Source: Salisapilia sapeloensis CBS 127946
Lineage: Eukaryota; Protista; Oomycota
Reading direction: 5' to 3'
DNA length: 61,443 nucleotides
Assembly: GCA_023334545.1 (NCBI GenBank)
Contig: JAADVB010000097.1
Span: 1-61,443, forward strand
The position numbers were made by a program, and so were the translations under genes. Every line of letters begins with the position of its first letter. The first letter of the stretch is position 1. The notes under the pieces were generated by a model. It was not told the DNA's origin. It was given only the letters and a program-made list of their open reading frames with translations, and did not search any database. Below are positions 1-10,300 of this stretch, one piece after another.

Positions 1-208
1 AGGTGTCTGATTGCCAAATAATTGCCGATAACTTCTAAAACAGTCGGAAGTTTTATTTCGAGCGCTCATGAATCAGTCAGGCTCCAAATAGGATAAACCA
101 CCTCCGGAGGTGGTTTGTTTTATTTTGGAAATAAGATCAGTGGAGCTGAAAGATAAGAATCTTATTTAAGAAAAATAAGGCACTTTTTGCCAGGTTTGCC
201 GCCCCCTA
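1..208. mobile_element. Non-autonomous TIR element (MITE-like) family A, copy 1, left end cut off by the window edge
   Basis: 1-~190 aligns with 60387-~60575. The right end CAGGTTTGCCGCCCCCTA (191-208) is an imperfect reverse complement of the left end of copy 2 (TAGGGCATGTCAAACCTG, 14/18). Contains the perfect 22-bp palindrome AAACCACCTCCGGAGGTGGTTT at 95-116. No coding capacity. Confidence 0.75.
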
Positions 209-1668
209 ATGTGACAAGAGATATCCATCTACTTTTGGGCCTTTCAAAACTTCTGGTAAAGATTTCTGCTCGTACATGTTACTTTGCCAACAATACTGTC
301 AGCGTCCGTATTGCTCATCTCGGTGAGACCATTTCCCGTGGCTCGAATATTTTTCGTTTCGGTTGTTCATCTACTGGTCGATTAGCTTGTATATCAAGCG
401 CACATTCGCATGCAACTACATTTCATGCGCTCCTGCAACCGATACTACAGCTCACACGTATTGCGTCCATCTATTTCATATCTTGCAGGCATATATGCTC
501 CAGGCGTACGTCAGTAAGAGAAATCATATTTGTTGGAACCCAGCTTCTAGCTTACCACTCAAAGAAATAGATTGGTTCGTCGAAAGTCAACTCGCAAGTG
601 ATGCTACTTTCTGTCTACTCTACGTTGTAATCGAATAAACTCACGAGCGGCTAACTTGACTTTCTTGCGCTGTCAGATCAGGCTCCAACTATCTACCTTG
701 ACAATAACACCATTATCGGATAGTATGGCCATGACATGTAACCAGCGATCTGAGTGGGATCCAAACACACGATTTGTTGCAACATCTGGCGATGAGTAAG
801 CCAAGCTGTGAGCTTCCGCTCCAAGTTTGTCTAGGGAGAAGCGTACCGCTACATATAAAGCTTCACTTGCCCATGTCCCTCCATCTAGTTCCAATATACG
901 TTCGAGTGATTTCGTATGACAGGATGGCGAGAATGAAAACAAATATATAGATTTTCAGTGTGAGCTGTACAAATGGGCACTTGGAGACGCTTTAGAGTCG
1001 TGCCGATCTGATTTGGACTGTACTTGAGCAGGCGCAATGTGAAGCACTGCATCTTCAGTACGGCTACGTTGATGCTTTTTGGCAAGTGTAGCTTCTTTTG
1101 ATTTCCACAAGGTACTGACTTGGGGTGCTTCTAAATGAAGCGATTTATGAAACCAAAGGATGATCGGCTGCATTAATATTCACCAGGTAACTTGTAGAAA
1201 CCCACACGAAGATCTACCGGCATAAAGAAAGTAGCTTGATTGAAACAAATAGTAAGCTTTCGTTCGTGTCTTGCGTTTCCATCTAGAGCGTACAACAAGG
1301 TCGACAAACCTATTTTGTCGGAACCCATCTTGAGCCGTGTGGGCGAGAGGTTCTATGCATGAAACGCCTCGTTTGTGCACCACGCTAGTCCCTCCAACTT
1401 TCGTCCCATTAAATAATCTCTTAGACCATACAAAAAATGTGATGAGCGCGCGTAATTATCCGATATTCACTTGAGGAAGTCGCCCTGCTCTGATCCGCAA
1501 CTGCGTACACCGACGCACTCGCTCGGCGCCTTCCATCTCGTGCTCTCGATCGCCTAGTCTTTATCTTTCCAAGGTCTACGCCGCTGATCTTTTTGGCGAA
1601 AATCAGTTTCACGAACGTAGCCGATTGGTGGCAAAAGTTTCACCACCCTACAATCCGTCAGCCAGTCC

Positions 1669-4600
1669 ATGGGCAATTTATCGAGTACCAATTCTTGGAA
1701 TCCGATCAATTGTCCCCCGTTTGCCCCTCGCCCGACTGACCGGATCGAAGAACAAAGTAGCATGGCAGAGGCCACGAATGGAAACGTGGAAAAAATGGAA
1801 GATCCCGATCCTTCCACCAATCGGTCAAGCATGGTCTCGGCCACGGAGGCGGCCAAGAACACGGCCTCGTCCCTCGTCTCGAGGCTCTTCTCCTCCACCC
1901 AACGACTCAGTCATAGCTTCAGCAGCATCAGCCTCGGCAACTCATCCCGGCCGAATGATGCCGAGTCGGACGATGGGAGCAGCTCCATGGCCACCAACGA
2001 GTATCCGACGCCCCCGACGCCCTTGTCGCCAAGCTCGCAGAACTATGAGCAAGAGACGTATAATCCGCAGACACAAGCAGAGCAAAAGAATGATGTGATG
2101 GCCGCTGAATTCGAGAATGAAAATGAAAATGACGATCCGTTTGCCGTGAATGTAGAGGAAGAAGACGACGACATCTCCACGACGTCGTCCCCCGTGTCGG
2201 AACGGGAGCAGATGGAGCGAGACGGACAAGACACCTTTGTTGCGCCTCTACTCTCTCGCTACCGATCTTCGTACAACAATCCGCTCGGTCGAACAGGATC
2301 TGGTGGCCGAGCCGTTCGGGGGAATGCCAACTCGGACTCTTCCTCTTCCGACGACGACTCGTCTTCGTCCTCCTACTCGGAGGAAGACCCCGACGATGAG
2401 TTCGGAGGTGTCAAAGTTAACGACTGGCTGGATGAAGAAGAAGTGCAGCCGATCGCAGAGGAGACGGCGAGCGAGTTGGGCAAGCACCGCTACGGCAGTG
2501 CGTCGTCGGCTTCTACCATGCACCAAGCGCTCTCGTCTCACTCACTCGTGTATGGAACTGGGCCGAACACTGGTCGAGTCAGCGGTGGCAGCAGCTCCAA
2601 CTCGTTGCGGACGGCCAACAGTTGGATGAACGCTTCGGACGATGCAGAGGACGACACGGAAGACGATGACGACATCGAGCTATCCGTCTTTCTCCAGGAG
2701 AACATGCCAGTGTATGAAGTCATGCGGCAGGTGCAGCTCTTCCGTAACTTGAGTCAGAACCAGCAGGAGGAAGTGGTCAAGGCACTCAAGCCAGCGTCTT
2801 TCCACGATGGACAGGTGATTGTGGAGCAAGGGACGAAAGGATCTCGGTTCTACATGATCGCATCGGGAGAAGCCGTGGTGACGAAGAAGAATGAGGAAGG
2901 ACAGGAGCGTATGGTCACGCGTCTGCAGTCTGGCAACTACTTTGGAGAGCTAGCACTCATCTATGACGACCCTCGATCCGCCACCGTCCGTGCTGCGGGA
3001 GACGTAGAGCTCTTGTACCTAACGCAAAAGGATTTCCAGCACATTAACCAAGTGCACTTAAGTCTCATGCTGCAGCAAGTGCCTATCCTCGCGAGGCTGA
3101 GTGGACAGGACCAAGACAGCGTTCTCAGTCGACTCCAGCCGGCCAACTTTAGCGACGGAGAGTACATTGTCAAGCAGGGAGAGCAAGGATCTCGGTTCTA
3201 CATGATCACAAAGGGAGAGGCAGTCGTCATGGAGTTTAACAGTGAAGTGCATCCGGAAGATGGCGAGCGGGAGCTCACGAGGCTGTACGAAGGCCACGTG
3301 TTTGGCGAGATGTCGCTCATCTACAGCGAACCTCGGACGGCGAGTGTCCGTGCCATCGGGCCTGTCAAGTGTCTTTATCTGAGCAAAGAAGACTTTGACG
3401 AGTGCCTCCTATCTGACCACTTCCATCGATTCATTCAAGAGTCGTACATTGAGAAAGCCACGCGCCGGGCCATGCGTCTACGTATGCAGCAGCGCGCCAT
3501 GAGCAACAGTCGAGATAGCGGCACGTCGTCTAGCATGGCAGAGGACGCGAATAGTGCTTTGAATATGAGCGCCAGCACGAACAGCGGCCAAGGAGAGCAC
3601 ATCAAGGCGACGGAGACGAAGAAGCTTGTCAAACAGCGTCTGAAGAACGGCCAGAAGGTCGTGAACAAGTACATTATTCAACGCGACTTAGGCAAAGGAA
3701 CGTTTGGACGCGTCAAACTGTGTCAAAGCGAAGAGGACGGACACTTGTACGCCGTCAAGATCATGCACAAGAGCTTCATGCAGCGGATGGCAGGCAAGGA
3801 AGATCAGCTGCACGACGCGATGCGACGAGAAGTGGCGATTATGAAGAAACTCAACCATCGCAACGTGGTCAAGCTCGTGGAAGTGATTGACGATCCGTCC
3901 AGTCAAAAGGTGTACCTGGTGCAAGAGTACGTCCAGCACAACTTGATGACGGAGATCAACAAGAGCGCTGGGTTAGAGGATGAGACGGCGCGCAAATATC
4001 TTCGCGACCTGCTTTGTGGCATCCACTACCTGCACTTTAACAAGGTCATCCATCGAGACATCAAGCCAGAGAACATTCTCGTGAGTGACGAAGGCGTTGC
4101 TAAGATTGCCGACTTTGGTACGGCTCGGATGATCATGAACGAGAGCGAGACGCTGCAAGGAGCCAAGGGAACACCGGCGTTTATGGCGCCGGAGATGTTT
4201 AACATCGACGCCACGTACATGGGTTCGGCTGTTGACGTCTGGTCTCTCGGTGCTACGTTGTTCATGATGATCTGCGGTCGACCGCCGTGGCTGGCGGAGA
4301 ACGAAATCGTGCTGGCGGAAAAGGTGCAGAACGATGAGCTGAAGTTCCCTTCGGACATTGAGTACGCTCTTGACCCGCATCTGAAGAACTTGATCCAGCG
4401 CATGCTCACCAAGGACGCCGACGTGCGCATTTCTTTAAATGACTGCATCTACCACGACTGGGTGACCAAGGAAGGTAGTGAGCCACTTGGACTGCAAGGA
4501 GAAGAGAACATTCTGACGGTGAGTGTGGACGACACGGACCAGGCGATTGAGAACATCCCGGAGCAGATCGACCAGAGTCTCACGGAGCGTCTGAAGCAGG

Positions 4601-7161
4601 CGAATCTGCTCGTCAAGACACGACAGCAAGGTCGGAACTCGACAGTCCTCCGATCAGGAAGCGGACAGACGGCGTGGGATGCCAACCGACAGGCCCACGG
4701 CACGTCGACGTCCAACCTCCATACGCACCACAGCAACTCGCAGTACTCTACCACCGGATCGAATGGAAGTGGTACGAGTCAACCAAGTCGCGGATCGTCC
4801 AATGGAGAAGTGTCTCGTGTCATCCACAACTGGCGTCGGAATAAGCGTCTGCAGGCCATGTACGGACAGAAGGACCTGTCGGAACGCAGTCGTGAGCTGC
4901 TGATGGAGCAACGGCATCCTGGGTTCACGGCTGATCGTGCCAACGTGACGGAGATCATCCTCCCTGCGGCCAACCCGACGTCTAGGTCGAGATACCCGAG
5001 CACTTCGAGCATTAACACGAATCAGCCACGAGCCACCTCCGACTCTAGCTCGCCCACGTCTGCTCCAGGTTCTCCCGCGCGAGTCTCGAACTCCCGCAGC
5101 TCCTCCATTGAGAGCAACCCGCTGCCTGTCCAGCGCCATAACAGCGGCAGGTTCGAGTACCGTGACTCTGGTAATCTGGAAGGTTTCGGACGCACGAGCT
5201 TCACGTCCGTGTCTCGCATGTCGGATGGCGGCGTGTCGAACTCAACGATGGACGAGATCCAGGCGGCGCGTGAAAGTCTGGCGAGTGACGACCAGAACGA
5301 CATGAGTCACAACAGCTACAGCAGCTTCCACACGAACTTGTCTCGCGAGAGTGGATCGGACGCCGCTCTGCTGAAACGGTCGCTGTCTCGGAAGAAGGAT
5401 TTCCTCATGGTCACGTCGGAAGTCTTCCGAGGAGAGGAAGGCGACTATCAGTCGAGAAAGGTCTTGTTCCAGGCCAAGGACGACGACTTTTCAGTCGCTT
5501 CGAGGATCCCGAGTAAGAGCATGTCGGGCAGGGACTCTGTGACGAGCACTAGTCGACGCCACTCGTCCCACGCGACGACGAAAGCCAGTGGATCTCGCAA
5601 GAGCTCTTCATTTAATAATAGCATGGGTAGCATGGGCAGTTCATGCTCGGACAAGTCCGGTCCGTCGTACAAAAAGCCGAAGAAGTCCATGTCCAAGGAC
5701 GAAGTGGACTTGGGTGACATTGAGTTTGAGCAAGTGTCGGATGATGAGGATGAAGATGATGATGAGGAAGAAGAAGTGGAAGGGTCCATTGAGCTTTATG
5801 ACTCGAGTAGTGATGAAGGAAGCGAGTACAGTGACGTTGAATGTGACGTGGATGTCGAAGCCACGTTCGATGAGCTCATTGGATCGCCCAACCTGACGGA
5901 GTACGCCAACGAAGACGAAGAGCTGATGCCGGTTGACGCGAGCACGAATGCGACAACGAGAGGCTCTGCTTCCTCGTCTAGCATGCGGTCGCTGCTGCAC
6001 ATGCCGTCGTACCGATCCATCGTGCAAGTGTACGTGAGCAGTAAGATTCGAGAGAACTTGAATCTGCGCATCCGTGCCGGGTATGCCGAAGCCAAGGGTC
6101 AGCGGCAGTACATGGAAGACCGCAGTCTGTCCATTGCAGACGTTGACTTTAACTCGTGTCCTCCAGCCTTGACGGATGCGTTTGAGAATCTCGGCTACTT
6201 TGCAGTCTACGACGGGCATAACGGAACGGAAACGGTGGAGAAGCTGCAGGAAGAGCTGCACGAGCGATTCTTTGAGCACCTCCACTTTGCCTCGAATCCG
6301 ATGGCAGCCATGGCACAAGCATGCGAAGACTTAGACCACGACATGCTGCAGATGCAGAACAGCAGCATGACGCCTGATCGTCGATGCAGCTTTGTGTACG
6401 GCGACGGGTTCATCGGACCAAGCGGTGGAGATGTGGCGTCGGACGACGAGGAGCAGGAGGAGGTGACCGAAGCGACGGATGATCTCATGTTGTTTGATGA
6501 CGATGACCAACAAGCGGCAAATGAGCTGGAGGCTTCCAAGCCGCACATTCAGCCCATCTCCTTCTCTGGTGCCGTCGCAGTCTTCGTCGTTGTGGCGAAG
6601 AAGAAGATCGAAGGTGGCTTTATTGAAGAAGATGAGAACGAAGAGGAGGAGGAGACCAAGAGCAGTGCGAGCAACAAGGACAGTCCGACGGTGCTGTACA
6701 TTGGCAACACGGGTGACTGCCGCGCGGTCTTGAGCACGGCTGAGGGTGTCGCGGTGGACATTACCAAGGACCACAAGGCAAGTGACGCGGAGGAGAAGAA
6801 GCGGATTGAAGAGTCCGGTGGGTTCGTCCACAATGGTCGTCTCGATGGCATCCTGGCCATTTCTCGCGGCTTTGGTGATCTCGCGCACAAGCAAGAGGGG
6901 CACCTGATCGTTACGCCTGACCTGTACGAACATGCCGTGACGGACGAGGACGAGTTCATGCTGCTCGCCAGTGACGGCATTTTTGACGTCATCACGTCGC
7001 AGCAGGCTGTGAACTTTGTCCGGCGCAAGCTTCGGATGCACGGAGACGTTCAGTTGGCGGCTCAGGAGCTGTTGCAAAAGGCGCAGGCGTACTACGCGCA
7101 TGATAACCTGAGCGTCGTCCTCATTGCGCTCAACCAAAACGAGAAAGAGCCGTCCGTATAA
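1669..7161 (+). CDS. Tandem cNMP-binding domains + CAMKK-like Ser/Thr kinase + PP2C (PPM) phosphatase fusion protein, 1830 aa
   Basis: Two phosphate-binding cassettes (FGELALIYDDPRSATV, FGEMSLIYSEPRTASV). Kinase motifs GKGTFG, VAVK, HRDIKPEN, DFG, GTPAFMAPE. PP2C motifs QRQYMEDR, VYDGHNG, NTGDCRAVL, DHK, AISRGFGD, LLASDGIFD, DNLSVV. One uninterrupted ORF. The start could alternatively be the ATG at 1762. Confidence 0.93.
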   Translation: MGNLSSTNSWNPINCPPFAPRPTDRIEEQSSMAEATNGNVEKMEDPDPSTNRSSMVSATEAAKNTASSLVSRLFSSTQRLSHSFSSISLGNSSRPNDAESDDGSSSMATNEYPTPPTPLSPSSQNYEQETYNPQTQAEQKNDVMAAEFENENENDDPFAVNVEEEDDDISTTSSPVSEREQMERDGQDTFVAPLLSRYRSSYNNPLGRTGSGGRAVRGNANSDSSSSDDDSSSSSYSEEDPDDEFGGVKVNDWLDEEEVQPIAEETASELGKHRYGSASSASTMHQALSSHSLVYGTGPNTGRVSGGSSSNSLRTANSWMNASDDAEDDTEDDDDIELSVFLQENMPVYEVMRQVQLFRNLSQNQQEEVVKALKPASFHDGQVIVEQGTKGSRFYMIASGEAVVTKKNEEGQERMVTRLQSGNYFGELALIYDDPRSATVRAAGDVELLYLTQKDFQHINQVHLSLMLQQVPILARLSGQDQDSVLSRLQPANFSDGEYIVKQGEQGSRFYMITKGEAVVMEFNSEVHPEDGERELTRLYEGHVFGEMSLIYSEPRTASVRAIGPVKCLYLSKEDFDECLLSDHFHRFIQESYIEKATRRAMRLRMQQRAMSNSRDSGTSSSMAEDANSALNMSASTNSGQGEHIKATETKKLVKQRLKNGQKVVNKYIIQRDLGKGTFGRVKLCQSEEDGHLYAVKIMHKSFMQRMAGKEDQLHDAMRREVAIMKKLNHRNVVKLVEVIDDPSSQKVYLVQEYVQHNLMTEINKSAGLEDETARKYLRDLLCGIHYLHFNKVIHRDIKPENILVSDEGVAKIADFGTARMIMNESETLQGAKGTPAFMAPEMFNIDATYMGSAVDVWSLGATLFMMICGRPPWLAENEIVLAEKVQNDELKFPSDIEYALDPHLKNLIQRMLTKDADVRISLNDCIYHDWVTKEGSEPLGLQGEENILTVSVDDTDQAIENIPEQIDQSLTERLKQANLLVKTRQQGRNSTVLRSGSGQTAWDANRQAHGTSTSNLHTHHSNSQYSTTGSNGSGTSQPSRGSSNGEVSRVIHNWRRNKRLQAMYGQKDLSERSRELLMEQRHPGFTADRANVTEIILPAANPTSRSRYPSTSSINTNQPRATSDSSSPTSAPGSPARVSNSRSSSIESNPLPVQRHNSGRFEYRDSGNLEGFGRTSFTSVSRMSDGGVSNSTMDEIQAARESLASDDQNDMSHNSYSSFHTNLSRESGSDAALLKRSLSRKKDFLMVTSEVFRGEEGDYQSRKVLFQAKDDDFSVASRIPSKSMSGRDSVTSTSRRHSSHATTKASGSRKSSSFNNSMGSMGSSCSDKSGPSYKKPKKSMSKDEVDLGDIEFEQVSDDEDEDDDEEEEVEGSIELYDSSSDEGSEYSDVECDVDVEATFDELIGSPNLTEYANEDEELMPVDASTNATTRGSASSSSMRSLLHMPSYRSIVQVYVSSKIRENLNLRIRAGYAEAKGQRQYMEDRSLSIADVDFNSCPPALTDAFENLGYFAVYDGHNGTETVEKLQEELHERFFEHLHFASNPMAAMAQACEDLDHDMLQMQNSSMTPDRRCSFVYGDGFIGPSGGDVASDDEEQEEVTEATDDLMLFDDDDQQAANELEASKPHIQPISFSGAVAVFVVVAKKKIEGGFIEEDENEEEEETKSSASNKDSPTVLYIGNTGDCRAVLSTAEGVAVDITKDHKASDAEEKKRIEESGGFVHNGRLDGILAISRGFGDLAHKQEGHLIVTPDLYEHAVTDEDEFMLLASDGIFDVITSQQAVNFVRRKLRMHGDVQLAAQELLQKAQAYYAHDNLSVVLIALNQNEKEPSV

Positions 7162-7350
7162 GACAAGGTAGCAAGTGAGAGAGAGACAATATGAATTGTG
7201 CGTATAACTTTTTGTTGATTTGATATTCCTGAACCTTTCCACATATGACTACCTACATTTGACGACTCAACTGCGTGAAGCAGCTCCCCATCGCGTCTTT
7301 TGTACGCACGCTACGAGACTTCGGAACATGCCTTCCAGTCGGCCTCCGAC

Positions 7351-10300
7351 CTAGTATGCACAGTACACGATAAGCTTATGACATAAAGAAGGAACGGATA
7401 GATCGATACAAACCTCGGAAATGTCGTGGTCACTCAGAGCTGGGAGCAGCGTCTGGTACCAAAAGTGAAGACGCAACTCGTCGCCTCCAGTCTCCAGGAC
7501 GAAGCAGACGCTCGCGACTGGATCCTGTATCTGACTGGGCGAAGATGTCTGAGCAAGCAGGCGAGACAATGTCTTCGTCTTCCACAGCACCATTAGGTCG
7601 TCGCTGTCCGGTACATTACCCCACGTCCGACGAACGACCGAGTCATAGACTCTTTGCTTGCGAGTGTCATTGGACGGCAAGAAGGCCAGCTTTTGGGTCC
7701 AAAAGCACACGTCCTCGATATCGCTGACGCTGTCCAGCACCACGATCTCGTCGTCTGCATTAACCCAGCGCATTAAACGCACTGGGTCTTTCAAGTAACC
7801 CAACGCTCGCTCTTCGTCTGGCGTGTGGAGGTCGACGATGCCTCTCCACTGCACCAGTCCATCATCTTGCGTCCACTCTTCCGGAGTGGATATGTAGAGC
7901 GAAAATCCATCGCCGCTGGTCACGTTTTCCCAATTGACAATGGCCGAACTCGATAGACTTTCACCAGCACTACTACTGCGCCGACCCTTCAAACCGTCTG
8001 TGGAGCCGTACTGGGTATACGCTGCAGCTATAGCCAATTCCTCGGAGGTGAAGGGAGGGATGGACTTGCTGGCGTGCTTTGCAAGCACGCTATCCACGAA
8101 GTGAGCCAAGTCTTGGTCGTCATGAGTCTTAGGTTTCTTCAGCTTGTTGACCGCATCGAGATTGTCGAGGAGAGGCTGGTACGTCTTTGGATCCGACTCT
8201 GGGTCCATCGTCAGTACCTCGCAGACTGTACGCAAAGCAGGCGGAAGCAGAACGTGTATGAACGCTTGGGCAAACAGGTTGGAGCTAGCTCCTTGACACA
8301 CGAGCGTTACGTTGGAGATCCTGTTGGGGTAGTGCTGCGTCGATATGGTCAGTATTTCCAACATGATGCGCACGTGGCTTTCGGCAAACGAAGACAAGGT
8401 GCAGTTACGACAGTCAAGAATCAGACTTAGGCGATGCATATTGTCCCTTCTTTTCACCTGGTAGGTCCACATGTACTCCCACAAGTATAGCCAGTATCGT
8501 CCGACTTGCTCTTTGCTCACTCCATGTACTTTGAGCAGCTGCCAGTTAACTGACCCAAGAGACACGACCAACGTCTTCTCCTTTTGCTTGTTATCGTCAC
8601 TAGTCAAGAACTCATGTGGAAAGCCTCGTTTGATGGCGCGGAAGTTTGTCCGAGGCACGGTCAAGATCGAGTCGAGAGCAGTCTCGATCCGGAATACACG
8701 CGTGTGCGTAGGCAGCGACCGACTGGACGTCCACTGCTTCTCTTCCATCTCACGAGCATTCTTCGCAGTCGCTCCTTTACTGTCCGGATGCACTTCAAGC
8801 GCAGCTAGAGTGAGGTACCAGTCAAGACGCTTTGGTCCTAGCAACGGCTTAAATCCAATCTCTAGCTTCCACAGGACAACAACAAAAGCTGCGAGGAACC
8901 CAGCCAGCAGGACGACTGCCAGGACCATGTGACAGTGCTGACTTAAAGCGGCTAATGCAACGCCACAGACAGCGACGATGCCACCGATGGCAGGCTTCAT
9001 CAGTGTCTTGGACATAAGCGTAAAGGATGAGTTCGTTTGTAGCTGCGCTTGGAACTTTAGTCGAACGAGGAATTGAGACTTGGATGATCCAGCACGACTT
9101 CTAGGTACGTGAGTCTCTGGTCCGAACTGCTCTTCGATCTCCGTCCGGCGGTGGGAAGCAGGGACTTCGGTTGCGCCTCGAATGTCCATCATGGTTGTCT
9201 GGGAAGTCCAACGAGGACTGACGACAGCACTCGCAAGCTCTTCCAGACTCAGCGTGAACTTATTACCATCACTTAGTACGATCTCGACGGACGAATTGAT
9301 GTTCATGTTGCCCAAGTATATCTGCTGTCCCCATCCGATTGTATCGTCGAGACTCTGCTGCATCGTCAAGTGAGTGATGAGGACGTCGCGGATGGAAGGA
9401 CAGTAACATGACGTATAGTGCTCGTCTGAACGCCAGACGGTCACGTACGAGTCGTCTGCATGGACCCATTCTGGACTTTCTATCGCATGCGACAGCACAG
9501 ATGCCCACTTGGCGCATGCGACCGCCTCATTACAACGCAGAGACAGCTTCGGTCCGTTCTTCATCTCGACGTCAAAGTTGTGAGGCTTGGAGAACTTTTC
9601 GTACAATACTTTGCGACAGTCATGCAACATGATACTAGCCTTAGGCTTGGCAGACGACACGTTAGTCGCGTTCGTGCCTTCGCCAAACCGGTGCAGCGCT
9701 ACTTGAGTCAGGACGAAATACCCCTTCTTCCAGATCTTGACAAAGTTCCGGCTGCGGAGCATGAGCTCTCCTTGGTGCAGCACGCCGACAAAGTCTCCTG
9801 TGGCTGTCCGATCGGCTGCCGTCTGCGATTGGGATCGACTGTTGCGTCTTGATGCTTCGACAGACCCACGACCAGAGCTACTTGAGTCAGACAAGACCGC
9901 ACTGTCGTTTAAACTGCTGTCCAGACTAGTCGTCTGCAGACTGATTTCGCAGCAAATACTCGACGATGCTGTCTCCTGCTTTCGCTGGACAATGTACGAC
10001 GTTTTGGTGGACGCCTTCCGAGCGACTGTACCAAGACCTCGAATCCAGACGTGGTCTCCGCCTTTGATGCTTACGACTGTGGACATAGTGTTCTGTCGAT
10101 CCATCATGGTCAGCTTCCTTCTCTTCTCCAGGCCATTGGATGCGACTTTGAACGGCAGTAGTTTCGGCAGCTTATCGAATGTAGAGTCAGCGTCATCCAC
10201 TTCTTCGTCATCAAAGATAGGAGATGGCTCGCGGTCCGGCTGCGATTGTTGTGGGTCGTCCTGTTCGAACACAAAGACCATGGCACCAGAGTCTCCTCCA

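Noticed and set aside
187-1400. Short ORFs on both strands (187-570, 673-942, 955-1173, 1180-1383) as a gene or transposase relic
   Set aside because: No recognisable motif, and no convincing splice model could be built by eye.
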